DNA from: Candidatus Omnitrophota bacterium
GTDB taxonomy: Bacteria; Omnitrophota; Gorgyraeia; Duberdicusellales; Duberdicusellaceae
Assembly (NCBI GenBank): GCA_016932855.1
Contig: JAFGCB010000025.1
Coordinates: 13,868 to 77,867 of the forward strand
Reading direction: 5' to 3'
DNA: 64,000 bases
The notes beneath the pieces are model-generated. The model worked only from the letters and a program-made list of their open reading frames with translations, was not told the DNA's origin and made no database searches. This document shows, one piece after another, positions 46,663 to 57,091 of this stretch. Positions within the stretch are counted from its first letter, which is position 1, and every line of letters begins with the position of its first letter. Made by a program: the position numbers and the translations under genes.

Positions 46663-49600
46663 ATGGAACATTCAGATTTCGTTCATTTGCACGTCCACAC
46701 ACAATACAGCCTTTTAGACGGAGCCTGTCTTTTAAGCAGATTGCTGCAAAGAGCAAGCGAGCTTAAATTCCCTTCTTTGGCGATAACCGATCACGGAAAC
46801 CTTTTCGGAGCAATAGAATTCTATAGCTTGTGTTTTGAATACGGCATTAAGCCTATTATCGGAGCGGAATGTTATCTCGCGCCGAATTCGAGATTTGAGA
46901 AGAATTCACGAAGCCTGGAGGAGAACCAGTACCACATAGTTCTTTTGGTCAAAGATCACCAGGGCTATAAGAATCTTATTAAGTTGGTGAGCCTCGGCTA
47001 CTTGGAGGGTTTTTACTACAAGCCCCGGATAGACAAGGAGCTGCTTTCTCAGTATCACCAGGGGCTTATTTGTTTATCAAGCTGTCTTAAAGGCGAGATA
47101 CCCCGGAACATTCTTCAAAATAAATTCAGCCAAGCTTTAAAGACCGCCGACGATTATCTTCAAATTTTCGGCAAAGGGAATTTTTATTTGGAGGTTATGG
47201 AGAACGGAATACCCGAGCAGAAGACAGTAAACCACCAAATTTTGAAGATTTCCAAAGATTTAGGTTTGCCCTTGGTAGCCACCAATGACGTACATTACAT
47301 TAATCGCCAGGCTTCTTTTGCGCATGAGGTCCTTGTCTGCATTCAGACCCAGACTACTTTGACTGATCCCACGAGAATGAAGCTTAACAGCGATCAGTTT
47401 TATCTGCGCAGCGCTGAAGAGATGAAAGAGCTTTTCAAGGACTTGCCGCAGGCAGTATCCAATACTCTCGAGATAGCTGATAAGTGTAACTTGGAGCTTG
47501 ATTTTTCCCAGCTTCATCTCCCCAAATTTCCCTTGCCTGAATCAGTTGATGAAAATGTTTACTTGGAGAAACTTTGTGAGGAAAACTTACCTAGGCGCTT
47601 CAAGACGATAACCGCCCAAATGAAGGAAAGACTTTCAGCGGAGCTTAATATTATAAAAAAGACCGGTTTCGCCAGTTACTTTCTTATTATTTGGGATTTA
47701 ATAAAATATGCCAAAGAAAACCATATCCCTGTCGGTCCCGGCAGAGGTTCGGCCGCCGGAAGTTTGGTCAGTTTCACCTTAGGGATAACCGATGTAAACC
47801 CCTTGGCCTACAATCTCATATTCGAAAGATTCCTTAATCCTCAAAGAGTTACCATGCCTGATATCGATATAGACTTTTGTTATGAAAAGAGGCCGCAGGT
47901 CCTGCAGTATGTAGCGAATAGATACGGGGCCGGAAATGTAGCCCAGATTATCACTTTCGGGACCATGCTTTCCCGGGCTGTGGTAAGGGATGTGGGAAGA
48001 GTAATGGATTTCAGCTATTCTGAGGTCGACAGGATCGCCAAGCTCATACCTCACGAGAGCGGTATGACCTTACAGAGAGCGTTAGAGGTTAATCCCGAGC
48101 TTAAATCGATTTACGATAAAGATCAGAGGATAAAAGAGCTTATCGATACTGCTTTTTACTTAGAAGGCCTTTCCCGGCATGCTTCAGTCCACGCAGCCGG
48201 AGTGGTCATAAGCGATAAACCTTTGGTTGAATATGTTCCTTTATTCAGAACTCCCGATGACCAGGTGGTAACCGGTTTTGATATGAAATCTTTGGAAAAG
48301 ATAGGCCTCTTGAAGATGGATTTCTTAGGTCTTAAAACGCTTACTGTAATAGAGGAGACGGTAAAGATAATAAGGCGCACCCAGGGAAAAGCGATAGACA
48401 TAGATTCGATGTTCCTTTCCGATAAGAAAACTTATCAGCTGTTAACTATCGGAAATACCGCCGGGGTGTTCCAGGTAGAAAGTACAGGCATGAAAGAGCT
48501 TCTTAAGAGGCTTAAGCCCGAGAAGTTCGAGGATTTGATAGCGGTACTTGCTTTATACAGACCCGGTCCCATCGGAAGCGGCATGCTGGAGGATTTTATA
48601 CAGAGACGGCATAATCATAAGCCGGTCAATTATTTTCATCCCAGGCTTGAGCCTATCCTTAAAGAAACTTACGGAATAATTGTTTTCCAGGAGCAAGTTA
48701 TGCAGATCGCTTCGGCTCTTGCCGGCTTTACCTTCGCTGAAGCAGATTTATTAAGACGGGCTATGGGCAAGAAAATTTCCGAAGTAATGGAGGAGCAGAG
48801 AAAGCATTTTGTCGATGGTTGTATAAAAAATAAGATTCCGGAATCAATAGCTCAGAAGATATTCGATTTGATGGAATATTTCGCCGGTTACGGTTTTAAT
48901 AAAAGTCATTCTACCGCTTACGCCCTTATTTCATATAGAACAGCATATCTTAAGGCGAACTTTCCGGTTGAATTTATGTGCGCTCTTTTAACCTCAGAGA
49001 AGGATAATACCGATAAATTGGTTGAATACATAAACGAGGCTAAGCGTATGAATATAGAAATCTTACCTCCTGATATTAATCAGAGTTTTGCCGATTTTAC
49101 CGCCGTAGGCAAAACACGTATTAGGTTCGGGCTTCTGGCGATAAAAAATCTGGGAGATGCGGCGGTAAGAAATATTATTGAAAATCGTAGAAATGAAGGA
49201 AAATTCAAAGATATCTTTGATTTCTGCAGCAGGCTTGATTCTAAGGCAACAAATAAGAAGGTAATTGAAAGTCTTATAAAATGCGGGGCAATGGATGATT
49301 TCGGAAAAAGGGCTCAACTTCTGCAGGTTGTGCCGAAAATTTTAGAGTTAGCAAACCGGCTTTCTCGGGAGAAGGCTTCAGGCCAACTATCGATTTTTGG
49401 CGACGCGTTTTTATCAGGAGGCATAGATAAAAAGATGCTCCAGCTGCCGGATATTGAAGAGTGGCCTAAGCAGCAGATTCTCCAATTCGAAAAAGACCTT
49501 TTGGGTTTCTACATTACCGGCCATCCTCTAGCCAAATACCAGCAGCTTATAAAAAGGGCTAGAATTTTAAAGATCCGCGATGTATTCAGCCAATCTTTGC

Positions 49601-50115
49601 CTCGGCAGGATGAGCCGGTTGTCGCCGGTCTTATTGACAAGATTATTTTGACTACTACCCGAAAGTCTAAAGAGTTAATGGCGATTTTACGGATTGAGGA
49701 TGAGGATTCTTTTTTGGAGGCTTTTATTTTTCCTAAGGCATTCGAACAGGTAAGGGATCGTCTTAAGAAAGGAAGTATAATAGCAGCCCAGGGAAGAGTC
49801 AGTCTTAAGGAAGGCGCGCCCCGGCTTCTGGTGAGTAAAATAATCGATCTTGAGGAGGTTTATAGGTGGGTTTCCAAAATCGACCTGTATATAGAAAATC
49901 CAACTCAAGAGGTAGTCGATGAACTCAAAGCAATTCTTAAGACCTCTGTTGGCAGCACTCCCGTTGTTTTTCATTTCCTGCACCCTGAGATTAAATTCGT
50001 AAAGGTAAAACCCGGCAAGGATTTCTATGTTGAGCCTCGGGAGGGTTTACTTGGTCAGCTTTCTTCTTTGCTGGGTGAGAAAAATCTTTCTCTTACCCTG
50101 TCCGCTTCCGGCTGA
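46663..50115 (+). CDS. dnaE: DNA polymerase III alpha subunit
   Basis: PHP-domain N-terminus HLHVHTQYSLLDGA, polymerase core, OB fold, 1150 aa. Confidence 0.95.
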   Translation: MEHSDFVHLHVHTQYSLLDGACLLSRLLQRASELKFPSLAITDHGNLFGAIEFYSLCFEYGIKPIIGAECYLAPNSRFEKNSRSLEENQYHIVLLVKDHQGYKNLIKLVSLGYLEGFYYKPRIDKELLSQYHQGLICLSSCLKGEIPRNILQNKFSQALKTADDYLQIFGKGNFYLEVMENGIPEQKTVNHQILKISKDLGLPLVATNDVHYINRQASFAHEVLVCIQTQTTLTDPTRMKLNSDQFYLRSAEEMKELFKDLPQAVSNTLEIADKCNLELDFSQLHLPKFPLPESVDENVYLEKLCEENLPRRFKTITAQMKERLSAELNIIKKTGFASYFLIIWDLIKYAKENHIPVGPGRGSAAGSLVSFTLGITDVNPLAYNLIFERFLNPQRVTMPDIDIDFCYEKRPQVLQYVANRYGAGNVAQIITFGTMLSRAVVRDVGRVMDFSYSEVDRIAKLIPHESGMTLQRALEVNPELKSIYDKDQRIKELIDTAFYLEGLSRHASVHAAGVVISDKPLVEYVPLFRTPDDQVVTGFDMKSLEKIGLLKMDFLGLKTLTVIEETVKIIRRTQGKAIDIDSMFLSDKKTYQLLTIGNTAGVFQVESTGMKELLKRLKPEKFEDLIAVLALYRPGPIGSGMLEDFIQRRHNHKPVNYFHPRLEPILKETYGIIVFQEQVMQIASALAGFTFAEADLLRRAMGKKISEVMEEQRKHFVDGCIKNKIPESIAQKIFDLMEYFAGYGFNKSHSTAYALISYRTAYLKANFPVEFMCALLTSEKDNTDKLVEYINEAKRMNIEILPPDINQSFADFTAVGKTRIRFGLLAIKNLGDAAVRNIIENRRNEGKFKDIFDFCSRLDSKATNKKVIESLIKCGAMDDFGKRAQLLQVVPKILELANRLSREKASGQLSIFGDAFLSGGIDKKMLQLPDIEEWPKQQILQFEKDLLGFYITGHPLAKYQQLIKRARILKIRDVFSQSLPRQDEPVVAGLIDKIILTTTRKSKELMAILRIEDEDSFLEAFIFPKAFEQVRDRLKKGSIIAAQGRVSLKEGAPRLLVSKIIDLEEVYRWVSKIDLYIENPTQEVVDELKAILKTSVGSTPVVFHFLHPEIKFVKVKPGKDFYVEPREGLLGQLSSLLGEKNLSLTLSASG

Positions 50116-50449
50116 GCCAGCCTTTTCTCTAAAGGTTTCATAAAGAATAATTTTTACGCATCCGTATAACTTCCTATTGTTCAACATGTTATGATTAATA
50201 TTTTTTTCGGTGGTCGGTTAATAGGCGGCTGAATATGAAAAAATCCTTGAAAATAAAAGATTTTCTGCGTTGAAGCACTTTAAATTTGTTATAAGGCAGT
50301 CTGTTTTTTGGGGATAAAAACTTTTTCTTGACATCAATTTAATTAAGTGATATAAAACCTAAGTATTTAATTACCAATGGGTAACATACGATTTCCTGCC
50401 TAGTTTAAAGTCAAGAAATTGCTTTTTCTTTAAGAATAGGGGGTAGAAG

Positions 50450-50722
50450 ATGACTAAAAAAGAGATTGTGCTCAAAATCGCTGATGAGACTAAGTTTAAG
50501 CAGGTTGTTGTCAAAAAGGTAGTGCACCGGGTTTTCGATGTTATGCTTGGTTCGCTTCTTAGGGGTGAGAAAATCGAGATTAGAAACTTCGGAGTTTTTA
50601 AGGTAAAAAAGAGAAAACCCCGTATAGGCAGAAACCCTAGGACAAATCAGCCTGTTCCCGTGCCGGAGCGAAAGACTGTAGTATTTAAACCAGGCTTGGA
50701 AATGAAGCAAAAGATAAAGTAG
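50450..50722 (+). CDS. HU/IHF-family DNA-binding protein
   Basis: 90 aa with the arm motif RNFGVFKV...RIGRNPRTN, and a promoter-like TTGACA ... TGATATAAA upstream. Confidence 0.85.
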   Translation: MTKKEIVLKIADETKFKQVVVKKVVHRVFDVMLGSLLRGEKIEIRNFGVFKVKKRKPRIGRNPRTNQPVPVPERKTVVFKPGLEMKQKIK

Positions 50723-50743
50723 GTCTTTAAAGATAGGCCCTTA

Positions 50744-51991
50744 ATGTCCGCAAGATATAGACTTCCCAGAGGCACAAAAGATTTCCTTCCCCAAGAGGCT
50801 TATGCAGTAAGTTTATTGGAGAATAACTCCCGCAAGATTTTCCGTATCTACGGATACGAAGAAGTAAGACTCCCTTTTATAGAGAATAGCGAAGTTTTCA
50901 TACGCAGCCTCGGCCAAACCAGCGAGATAATCGAAAGGCAGATTTTTAAAATAGAAGCAAAGGATAATCTTTGTTTACGTCCAGAGGCAACGGCCCAGGT
51001 GGTGCGCAGCTATATAGAGAACGCTTTTTATCAGCACAAGCTTTCCAAGCTGTTTTACATAGGGGCGATGTTTAGAGGTGAACGTCCCCAGAAGGGAAGG
51101 CTTAGGCAATTTCATCATATCGGCGCCGAAGCAATAGGACAAAGTTCACCTTTTCTGGATGTTGAAGTCATAAGCTTAGCTAGGGATTTATTGCTGGAAT
51201 TAGGGGTAGATAAATTCGAGCTAAAAATAAATTCTCTAGGCTGCGTCGAGGATAAGGAGAGGTTAAAAGCTCTCTTGCGCGAAAAGTTGTCCAGTAAGCA
51301 TGGGCGTTTATGCGAAGATTGCCAAAAGAGGTTTTCGGTTAATATATTACGGGTTCTTGATTGCAAAAAGCCTGCCTGTAAGGAGCTAGTGGCTTCGCTC
51401 GATATTGGCAGAAGCTATTTATGCAAGGATTGCAGCGGATATTTTGACACGATTTTGGATATGCTAAAATCGCTTTCTATAGATTACAGCCATGTGGCAA
51501 CTTTGGTAAGAGGTCTTGATTACTATACTCGGACAGTGTTTGAATTTACTTCCCCGCTTTTAGGGGCTCAAGATGCTGTGGGCGCCGGCGGCAGGTACGA
51601 TAACCTGGTTCAAGAGCTCGGCGGTCCTTCCAGGCCGGCTTGCGGTTTTGCTTTAGGCTTAGAAAGAATACTTTTGCTTCGGGGCAAAGAACCAAAGCCC
51701 CGCCTCAGAGCTTTTGTTGTCTATGCCGCCCAAGATTTGCAGAAACAAGCCTTTATGGTTTTGAGATCCCTGCGACAGGCAGGAATTTCTTCGGATATGA
51801 GCTTTGATTTTACCTCTCTTAAATCCCAGCTGCGCTTGTGCCAAAAACTTGAGGCTGATTTTGCGGTTATTCTTGGTCCGGATGAGATGCGGGATAAAAT
51901 ACTTATATTAAGGGATATGAAGGCTTCGGTTCAGGATAAGATTGAGATTAACGATTTAATTAAACGGCTTAAGCCTAAAGAACAGGATTAG
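50744..51991 (+). CDS. hisS: Histidyl-tRNA synthetase
   Basis: Class II motifs (RGTKDFLP, FRGERPQKGRLRQFHH) and a C-terminal anticodon-binding domain. Confidence 0.9.
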   Translation: MSARYRLPRGTKDFLPQEAYAVSLLENNSRKIFRIYGYEEVRLPFIENSEVFIRSLGQTSEIIERQIFKIEAKDNLCLRPEATAQVVRSYIENAFYQHKLSKLFYIGAMFRGERPQKGRLRQFHHIGAEAIGQSSPFLDVEVISLARDLLLELGVDKFELKINSLGCVEDKERLKALLREKLSSKHGRLCEDCQKRFSVNILRVLDCKKPACKELVASLDIGRSYLCKDCSGYFDTILDMLKSLSIDYSHVATLVRGLDYYTRTVFEFTSPLLGAQDAVGAGGRYDNLVQELGGPSRPACGFALGLERILLLRGKEPKPRLRAFVVYAAQDLQKQAFMVLRSLRQAGISSDMSFDFTSLKSQLRLCQKLEADFAVILGPDEMRDKILILRDMKASVQDKIEINDLIKRLKPKEQD

Positions 51992-51996
51992 AATAA

Positions 51997-53385
51997 ATGT
52001 TAAGAACGCATACTTGCGGTCAATTAAAAAAGGAAGACCTGAATAATGAAGTGGTTCTTTGCGGTTGGGTAGCAGCCCGTCGGGATCACGGAAAAATAAT
52101 TTTTATTGATATTAGGGATAGATTCGGTTTAACTCAGCTTGTTTTCGTAAAGGGCGTTTCTTTAGAGTCTTACCAAGAAGCCGAGAAGCTAAGAAATGAA
52201 GATGTTATAAGGGTTGAAGGAAAAGTGGCCTTACGTCCAAAGGGCACAATTAATCCTAAGCTGCCTACCGGTGAGGTCGAAGTCACGGCTTCGAAATTGA
52301 CAATTTTGAATAGAGCAGAGGATATGCCTTTTCTGGTAGAGGATGAAGTGGAAGCTTCGGAGGAGATACGGCTTGCTCACCGGTTTTTGGATTTAAGGCG
52401 GAAGAAACTGATTGATAATTTGACCCTTCGGCACGAGGTTATCCAGAGTATGAGAGGTTTTTTGAACCAGAATGCTTTTTTGGAGATTGAAACACCTTTT
52501 CTTACTAAGTCTACCCCTGAAGGGGCCAGAGATTTTTTGGTTCCCTCGCGCTTAAACCCGGGTTGTTTTTACGCCCTCCCCCAGTCGCCTCAGCTTTTCA
52601 AGCAGATACTTATGGTTTCAGGCATGGACCGGTATTATCAGGTTGCCAGGTGCTTTAGGGACGAAGATTTACGAAAGGACCGGCAGCCCGAGTTTACTCA
52701 GATAGATTTGGAGATGTCTTTTATTGAAGAAGATGACGTTTATGCTGTAATGGAGAAGCTTTTACATTCTGTATTCAAGAATGTTTTAGGCGAAGAGCTT
52801 AAGATTCCTTTTCCCAGGATGACTTACCACCAAGCCCAGGATAAGTATTCCAGCGATAAGCCGGACTTGGAGTCAGGGGAGAAATTCCGTTTTCTTTGGG
52901 TTGTGGAGTTCCCTCTTTTTAAATATAACGAAGAGGAGAAGCGCTGGGACAGCGAGCACCACCCTTTCACCGCCCCCTTTAGGGAGGATGAACCTTTGCT
53001 GGGAGAGGATCCCTCAAGAATAAGGTCACGTTCTTACGATCTAGTTTTAAACGGACAAGAAATAGGCAGCGGTTCAATAAGGATACATACCCTTGATTTA
53101 CAGAAAAAGATATTTGAACTTCTTAATATAAGTCAAAACGAAGCTCAGGAAAAGTTCGGTTTTTTGCTTAAAGCCTTAAAGTATGGCGCTCCTCCTCATG
53201 GAGGGTTTGCTTTAGGCCTGGACAGGCTTTTGGCAATATTAACCGATTCTTCTTCTATAAGAGAAGTAATCGCTTTTCCCAAAACACAAAAAGGGGCTTG
53301 TCTTTTAACTGAGGCTCCTTCCAGAGTTTCTGGCTGGCAGTTGAAGGAGCTTAATATTGAGACGATTAATACAGATCAAGGCTGA
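51997..53385 (+). CDS. aspS: Aspartyl-tRNA synthetase, short archaeal/eukaryal-type form lacking the bacterial GAD insertion
   Basis: 462 aa with an OB anticodon-binding domain and class II motifs (FRDEDLRKDRQPEFTQIDLEM, GSGSIRIH, GLDRL). Confidence 0.9.
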   Translation: MLRTHTCGQLKKEDLNNEVVLCGWVAARRDHGKIIFIDIRDRFGLTQLVFVKGVSLESYQEAEKLRNEDVIRVEGKVALRPKGTINPKLPTGEVEVTASKLTILNRAEDMPFLVEDEVEASEEIRLAHRFLDLRRKKLIDNLTLRHEVIQSMRGFLNQNAFLEIETPFLTKSTPEGARDFLVPSRLNPGCFYALPQSPQLFKQILMVSGMDRYYQVARCFRDEDLRKDRQPEFTQIDLEMSFIEEDDVYAVMEKLLHSVFKNVLGEELKIPFPRMTYHQAQDKYSSDKPDLESGEKFRFLWVVEFPLFKYNEEEKRWDSEHHPFTAPFREDEPLLGEDPSRIRSRSYDLVLNGQEIGSGSIRIHTLDLQKKIFELLNISQNEAQEKFGFLLKALKYGAPPHGGFALGLDRLLAILTDSSSIREVIAFPKTQKGACLLTEAPSRVSGWQLKELNIETINTDQG

Positions 53386-53440
53386 AAGCCGGTAAATTTA
53401 ATAGCGTAAGTACAGGCGTTGGTTTAACCAAGGAGGTAAT

Positions 53441-53977
53441 ATGAAGAGACTAGTGATTTTTTCGGTAGCGGGTATTTGTTTTTTCCTGCTTTGGGGTTGC
53501 CGGGTCAGGACTTATACCGTCGAGAAGCCCAGGGTTGATCTGGAAATAACCGGAAACCAAGGTTATCTCCAGGGCCAAGGCCAGGAAGGTCAGGCTGAAA
53601 AGAGGACCCGGCTTGGACCGACGCGCAAGATTAGCGTCGTTGAAGTGGAGCTGAAAGAGCCTAAAACCGAACAGGAAGTGGATACAGCACCGGTTGAAGT
53701 CCAAGAAACCGCTTTAGACGAGTCAATTATCTTAGAAGAGCCTGAGTCTTTTGTTCTTGAGGAGGAAATCGAAGAGGATGCGGAATATGCGCCGGCGGAA
53801 AAGGCGCCGGAGTACAAGATTTATACCGTAGAAAAAAACGATACGCTTCAAAAAATATCTTATAAATTTTATAATACCACCCGGCGCTGGGAGAAAATAT
53901 ACAAGGCTAATAAGGATGTTTTGAAGGGCCCGGATAAAATTTATCCCGGCCAGGTACTTAAGATACCCGTTGAATAA
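53441..53977 (+). CDS. LysM-domain lipoprotein
   Basis: Lipobox-like LLWGC, a low-complexity acidic linker and a C-terminal LysM (YTVEKNDTLQKIS...IYPGQVLKIP). Confidence 0.6.
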   Translation: MKRLVIFSVAGICFFLLWGCRVRTYTVEKPRVDLEITGNQGYLQGQGQEGQAEKRTRLGPTRKISVVEVELKEPKTEQEVDTAPVEVQETALDESIILEEPESFVLEEEIEEDAEYAPAEKAPEYKIYTVEKNDTLQKISYKFYNTTRRWEKIYKANKDVLKGPDKIYPGQVLKIPVE

Positions 53978-53983
53978 CGACTA

Positions 53984-54919
53984 ATGGAAGAGTTCGTAAA
54001 GATTGAGGATGCTTCGCGTTTGGCTGCGATAGTCGGGCCCTACGATACGAATATAAAGATAATTGAAAAGAATTTCGATGTCGAGATCTTTCTCGATAAA
54101 GAAGGGCTTTCGATAAGATCAAATTCACCTGAGGCAATTAAAAAAACCAAAAAGCTTTTAAGTCGAGTTCTAAGCCTTAACGGCGAGATTACCCAAGAAA
54201 CCGTATTTAGCTATATTAAGGCAGTCAAAAATAACGATTCGGAGGAGTCAGTCCAGAGGATCGAAGTTCCTTCTAAACGAAAGTTTGTGTATCCTAAGAC
54301 CCAGGCTCAGCAGGTTTATGTCGAGGCGATTAAGAGCTTTGACCTTGTTTTTTCTATAGGTCCGGCCGGCACGGGCAAGACTTATTTAGCGATGGCTATG
54401 GCGGTCAATTATTTGACCGGGGGTAAAGTCCGAAGGATTATTTTAACTCGACCGGCTATTGAAGCCGGTGAATCCTTGGGGTTTTTGCCCGGGGATATGT
54501 ATGAGAAGCTAGGGCCGTATTTGAGGCCTCTTTACGACGCTCTTTATGACATGATGGAAATCGACTCTATTGAGGATTATCTGGAAAGCGGGGTAATTGA
54601 AGTGGTGCCCCTGGCTTATATGAGGGGAAGGACTTTAAATAATGCCTTTATTATTCTTGATGAGGCCCAAAACTGTTCTTCTGAGCAACTGAAAATGTTT
54701 TTGACCAGGCTGGGTTTCGATTCGAAGACAGTAATAACCGGTGATATCACCCAGTCGGATTTACCGGGAGGAAAGCCTTCAGGCCTGATTGATACTTTGG
54801 ATATCCTTAAGTCAATAAAACAAATAAAGTTTATAAATCTTTCAAATAAAGACGTAGTGCGCCATGATCTTGTCCAGAAAATAATAAAAGCCTACGAGAA
54901 GCTTACGAAACGCAATTAG
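53984..54919 (+). CDS. phoH: PhoH-family ATPase
   Basis: GPAGTGKTYLA Walker A, 311 aa. Confidence 0.9.
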   Translation: MEEFVKIEDASRLAAIVGPYDTNIKIIEKNFDVEIFLDKEGLSIRSNSPEAIKKTKKLLSRVLSLNGEITQETVFSYIKAVKNNDSEESVQRIEVPSKRKFVYPKTQAQQVYVEAIKSFDLVFSIGPAGTGKTYLAMAMAVNYLTGGKVRRIILTRPAIEAGESLGFLPGDMYEKLGPYLRPLYDALYDMMEIDSIEDYLESGVIEVVPLAYMRGRTLNNAFIILDEAQNCSSEQLKMFLTRLGFDSKTVITGDITQSDLPGGKPSGLIDTLDILKSIKQIKFINLSNKDVVRHDLVQKIIKAYEKLTKRN

Positions 54920-54927
54920 CTTAGCTG

Positions 54928-56295
54928 ATGAAAAGAATTAAAAATATCGCGATCGGGAGAATGATTATTGCCGGTTTATTTATTTTAAGCGCGGGGGTAG
55001 TATTCTATCTTAACGATATTAATATAACTTTTCTTATTGTTTTATTTTTCCTGACCTATTATATCAAAGGCCTGCGCAAAAAGACGGATCCCGATTATTT
55101 AGCCTTAAGTTTCTTATTTACGTTGAGTTTTGCCTGTTTGATTTGGGGTAAAAACTTAGGTCTTGATCCTTATTCTTCAACGGTCATAGCCTTGGCTATC
55201 TTGGTTAATGTTTTATATATGGATTCAGAGTTCAGCTTCGCTTATTTATTTTTTATCTGTATCCTTTCCAGCGTTATCTTCGAATACGACTTTAAAATCT
55301 TTATTATTTATCTGGTTGCCGGATCTACGGCAATTTTCTTAAGTATTAATGTCCGCAAGAGATTCGACATCATTAAGGCCGGATTTCTAGCCGGGTTTAT
55401 GCAGTTTTTGATGGTTGCCGGCTTTATGTCTTTTTCTGCGCCTTTTAGTTTTGTTCAGCCTTTGCGCTTAAGCCTTTTAACCGGCATGATTTCTTCAGTG
55501 GTAGTGATTGGATTCCTTACGATATTCGAGCATTTATTAGGTGTGGTTACTAATATTTCTCTTTTAGAGCTATCGGATTTTAACCATCCTTTGCTTAGAC
55601 GGATGATTTTGGAGGCCCCGGGGACATATCAGCATTCGTTGGTAGTGGCGAATTTAGCAGAAGCAGCCGCTGAAGCAGTGGGAGCTAATTCCCTTTTGGC
55701 CCGAGTCGGCGCTTATTATCATGACATAGGCAAGATTTCCAAATCCGAGTATTTTTCAGAGAATCAAATGCTTTCGGGGTATAAGGATAAGCACAAAAAT
55801 TTGACACCAGCCATGAGTAAGCTGATAATAATGAATCATGTAAAAGAAGGTGTTGAGCTTGCCAAGAAGTATAACTTAAACAAAAAGATAATTGATTTTA
55901 TAAGTCAGCATCACGGCACGACCCTGGTTTACTATTTCTTTCGGCGGGCTCAGGAAATAAAGCCCACCGAGACAGAGTCGGAAGATGTTTACCGATATCC
56001 CGGTCCTAAGCCTATGTCAAAAGAAGTGGCTTTGGTCCATCTAGCTGACACTATTGAGGCAAGTTCCCGGGCTTTAGAAGAGGCGACCCCGGCCAGGATA
56101 AAGGAAATGGTTAGGGAGGCTATCTTGAATAAGTTTTTAGACGGCCAGCTTGACGAGACCGAGCTTACCTTAAGAGATTTAGAGAAAGTGGCTGAAATTT
56201 TCACCCGGATGCTTAACGCCATGTTTCATACAAGAGTTGACTACCCTAAGCCCCAGGACCCCGATGCCAACAACAAGCCTTCTTCGAGTGAGTGA
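54928..56295 (+). CDS. 7TM receptor with intracellular HD-GYP-type (HDIG) phosphohydrolase domain (YqfF-like)
   Basis: Seven hydrophobic segments, then HSLVVANLAE...YYHDIGK (HD motif). Confidence 0.8.
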   Translation: MKRIKNIAIGRMIIAGLFILSAGVVFYLNDINITFLIVLFFLTYYIKGLRKKTDPDYLALSFLFTLSFACLIWGKNLGLDPYSSTVIALAILVNVLYMDSEFSFAYLFFICILSSVIFEYDFKIFIIYLVAGSTAIFLSINVRKRFDIIKAGFLAGFMQFLMVAGFMSFSAPFSFVQPLRLSLLTGMISSVVVIGFLTIFEHLLGVVTNISLLELSDFNHPLLRRMILEAPGTYQHSLVVANLAEAAAEAVGANSLLARVGAYYHDIGKISKSEYFSENQMLSGYKDKHKNLTPAMSKLIIMNHVKEGVELAKKYNLNKKIIDFISQHHGTTLVYYFFRRAQEIKPTETESEDVYRYPGPKPMSKEVALVHLADTIEASSRALEEATPARIKEMVREAILNKFLDGQLDETELTLRDLEKVAEIFTRMLNAMFHTRVDYPKPQDPDANNKPSSSE

Positions 56296-56317
56296 ATAAT
56301 CAATCCTAAATTTATTC

Positions 56318-56797
56318 TTGTCTTCAGTGAAAGTCGAAATAATAAATAGCCAGAGAATAATAAAGATACGTAAATCCAGCCTTAAACGATTTATCGCCAG
56401 GATTTCCGACGCTTTGGGTTTTAAAGAAGGCCGAATTTCGTTCGTTTTTACCGACAATAAGAATATCCGGTCCTTAAACAAGAAATATTTCGGCAGAGAC
56501 CATCCCACCGACGTAATCGCCTTTTCCTTAGACGATGCATGCGATCCCCTTAATACCCTGGGTGAGATAGTTATTTCAACCGAGCAAGCCCGGGAGAACT
56601 CAGGAAAGTTCCGAACGAGCATTGAAGAAGAATTATTGCTTTACGTCTTGCACGGATTGCTGCATATCTTGGGATTCGAGGATAAGACTAAAAGCGGAAA
56701 AAATAAAATGAAGAGAATCCAAAAGCATCTTTTTAATTTTCTAAATCTTAAAGAAGAAGTCATCTCCGATTCCTTTATAGCGGGCTCTTCGCTCTAG
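56318..56797 (+). CDS. ybeY: rRNA maturation endoribonuclease YbeY
   Basis: HGLLHILGFED zinc-binding motif, 159 aa. The phoH-7TMHD-ybeY gene order is conserved. Confidence 0.9.
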   Translation: MSSVKVEIINSQRIIKIRKSSLKRFIARISDALGFKEGRISFVFTDNKNIRSLNKKYFGRDHPTDVIAFSLDDACDPLNTLGEIVISTEQARENSGKFRTSIEEELLLYVLHGLLHILGFEDKTKSGKNKMKRIQKHLFNFLNLKEEVISDSFIAGSSL

Positions 56798-56879
56798 TTT
56801 ATAAATTATTTTCTTCATTTATCTCACCGTAAACGTTTCATTTTTTTTTCGAATATTTGAGAAAAAGGGTTGACAGGTT

Positions 56880-56908
56880 TTTTAAAATTTGTTACATTAA
56901 ATATTGTA
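56880..56908 (+). promoter_or_regulatory. Sigma70-like promoter TTGACA, 17 nt, TACATT
   Basis: ttgacaggttttttaaaatttgttacatt lies about 45 nt upstream of a strong SD and the lysine-rich micro-ORF. Confidence 0.5.
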
Positions 56909-56953
56909 AGGAAAATGTTTTAAAAGTTATTCATCCAACAAAAAGGAGGTGAG

Positions 56954-57004
56954 AATGGCAAAGAAGAAAGCAAAGAAAAAGGCAACAAAGAAAAAGAAGA
57001 AATA
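56954..57004 (+). CDS. Lysine-rich micro-ORF MAKKKAKKKATKKKKK (16 aa)
   Basis: AAAGGAGGTGAGA ATG with ideal spacing, its own promoter upstream and an intrinsic terminator about 90 nt downstream. Confidence 0.35.
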
Positions 57005-57091
57005 AGACAGCGATCACCTTGAGTTAGAAGCACTAGAAAAAGACAGCGACGAAAAAAAAAGAGAAGACAACAAAGAAAGTTATTAATAAAA

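Noticed and set aside
56954-57086. Stop-codon reassignment (TAA read as sense) suggested by the K-rich/acidic readthrough frame
   Set aside because: All other well-supported genes in the window end at conventional TAA, TAG or TGA stops with homologous C-termini. Genome-wide recoding is therefore excluded, and only a local readthrough or sRNA explanation remains, noted as a finding.
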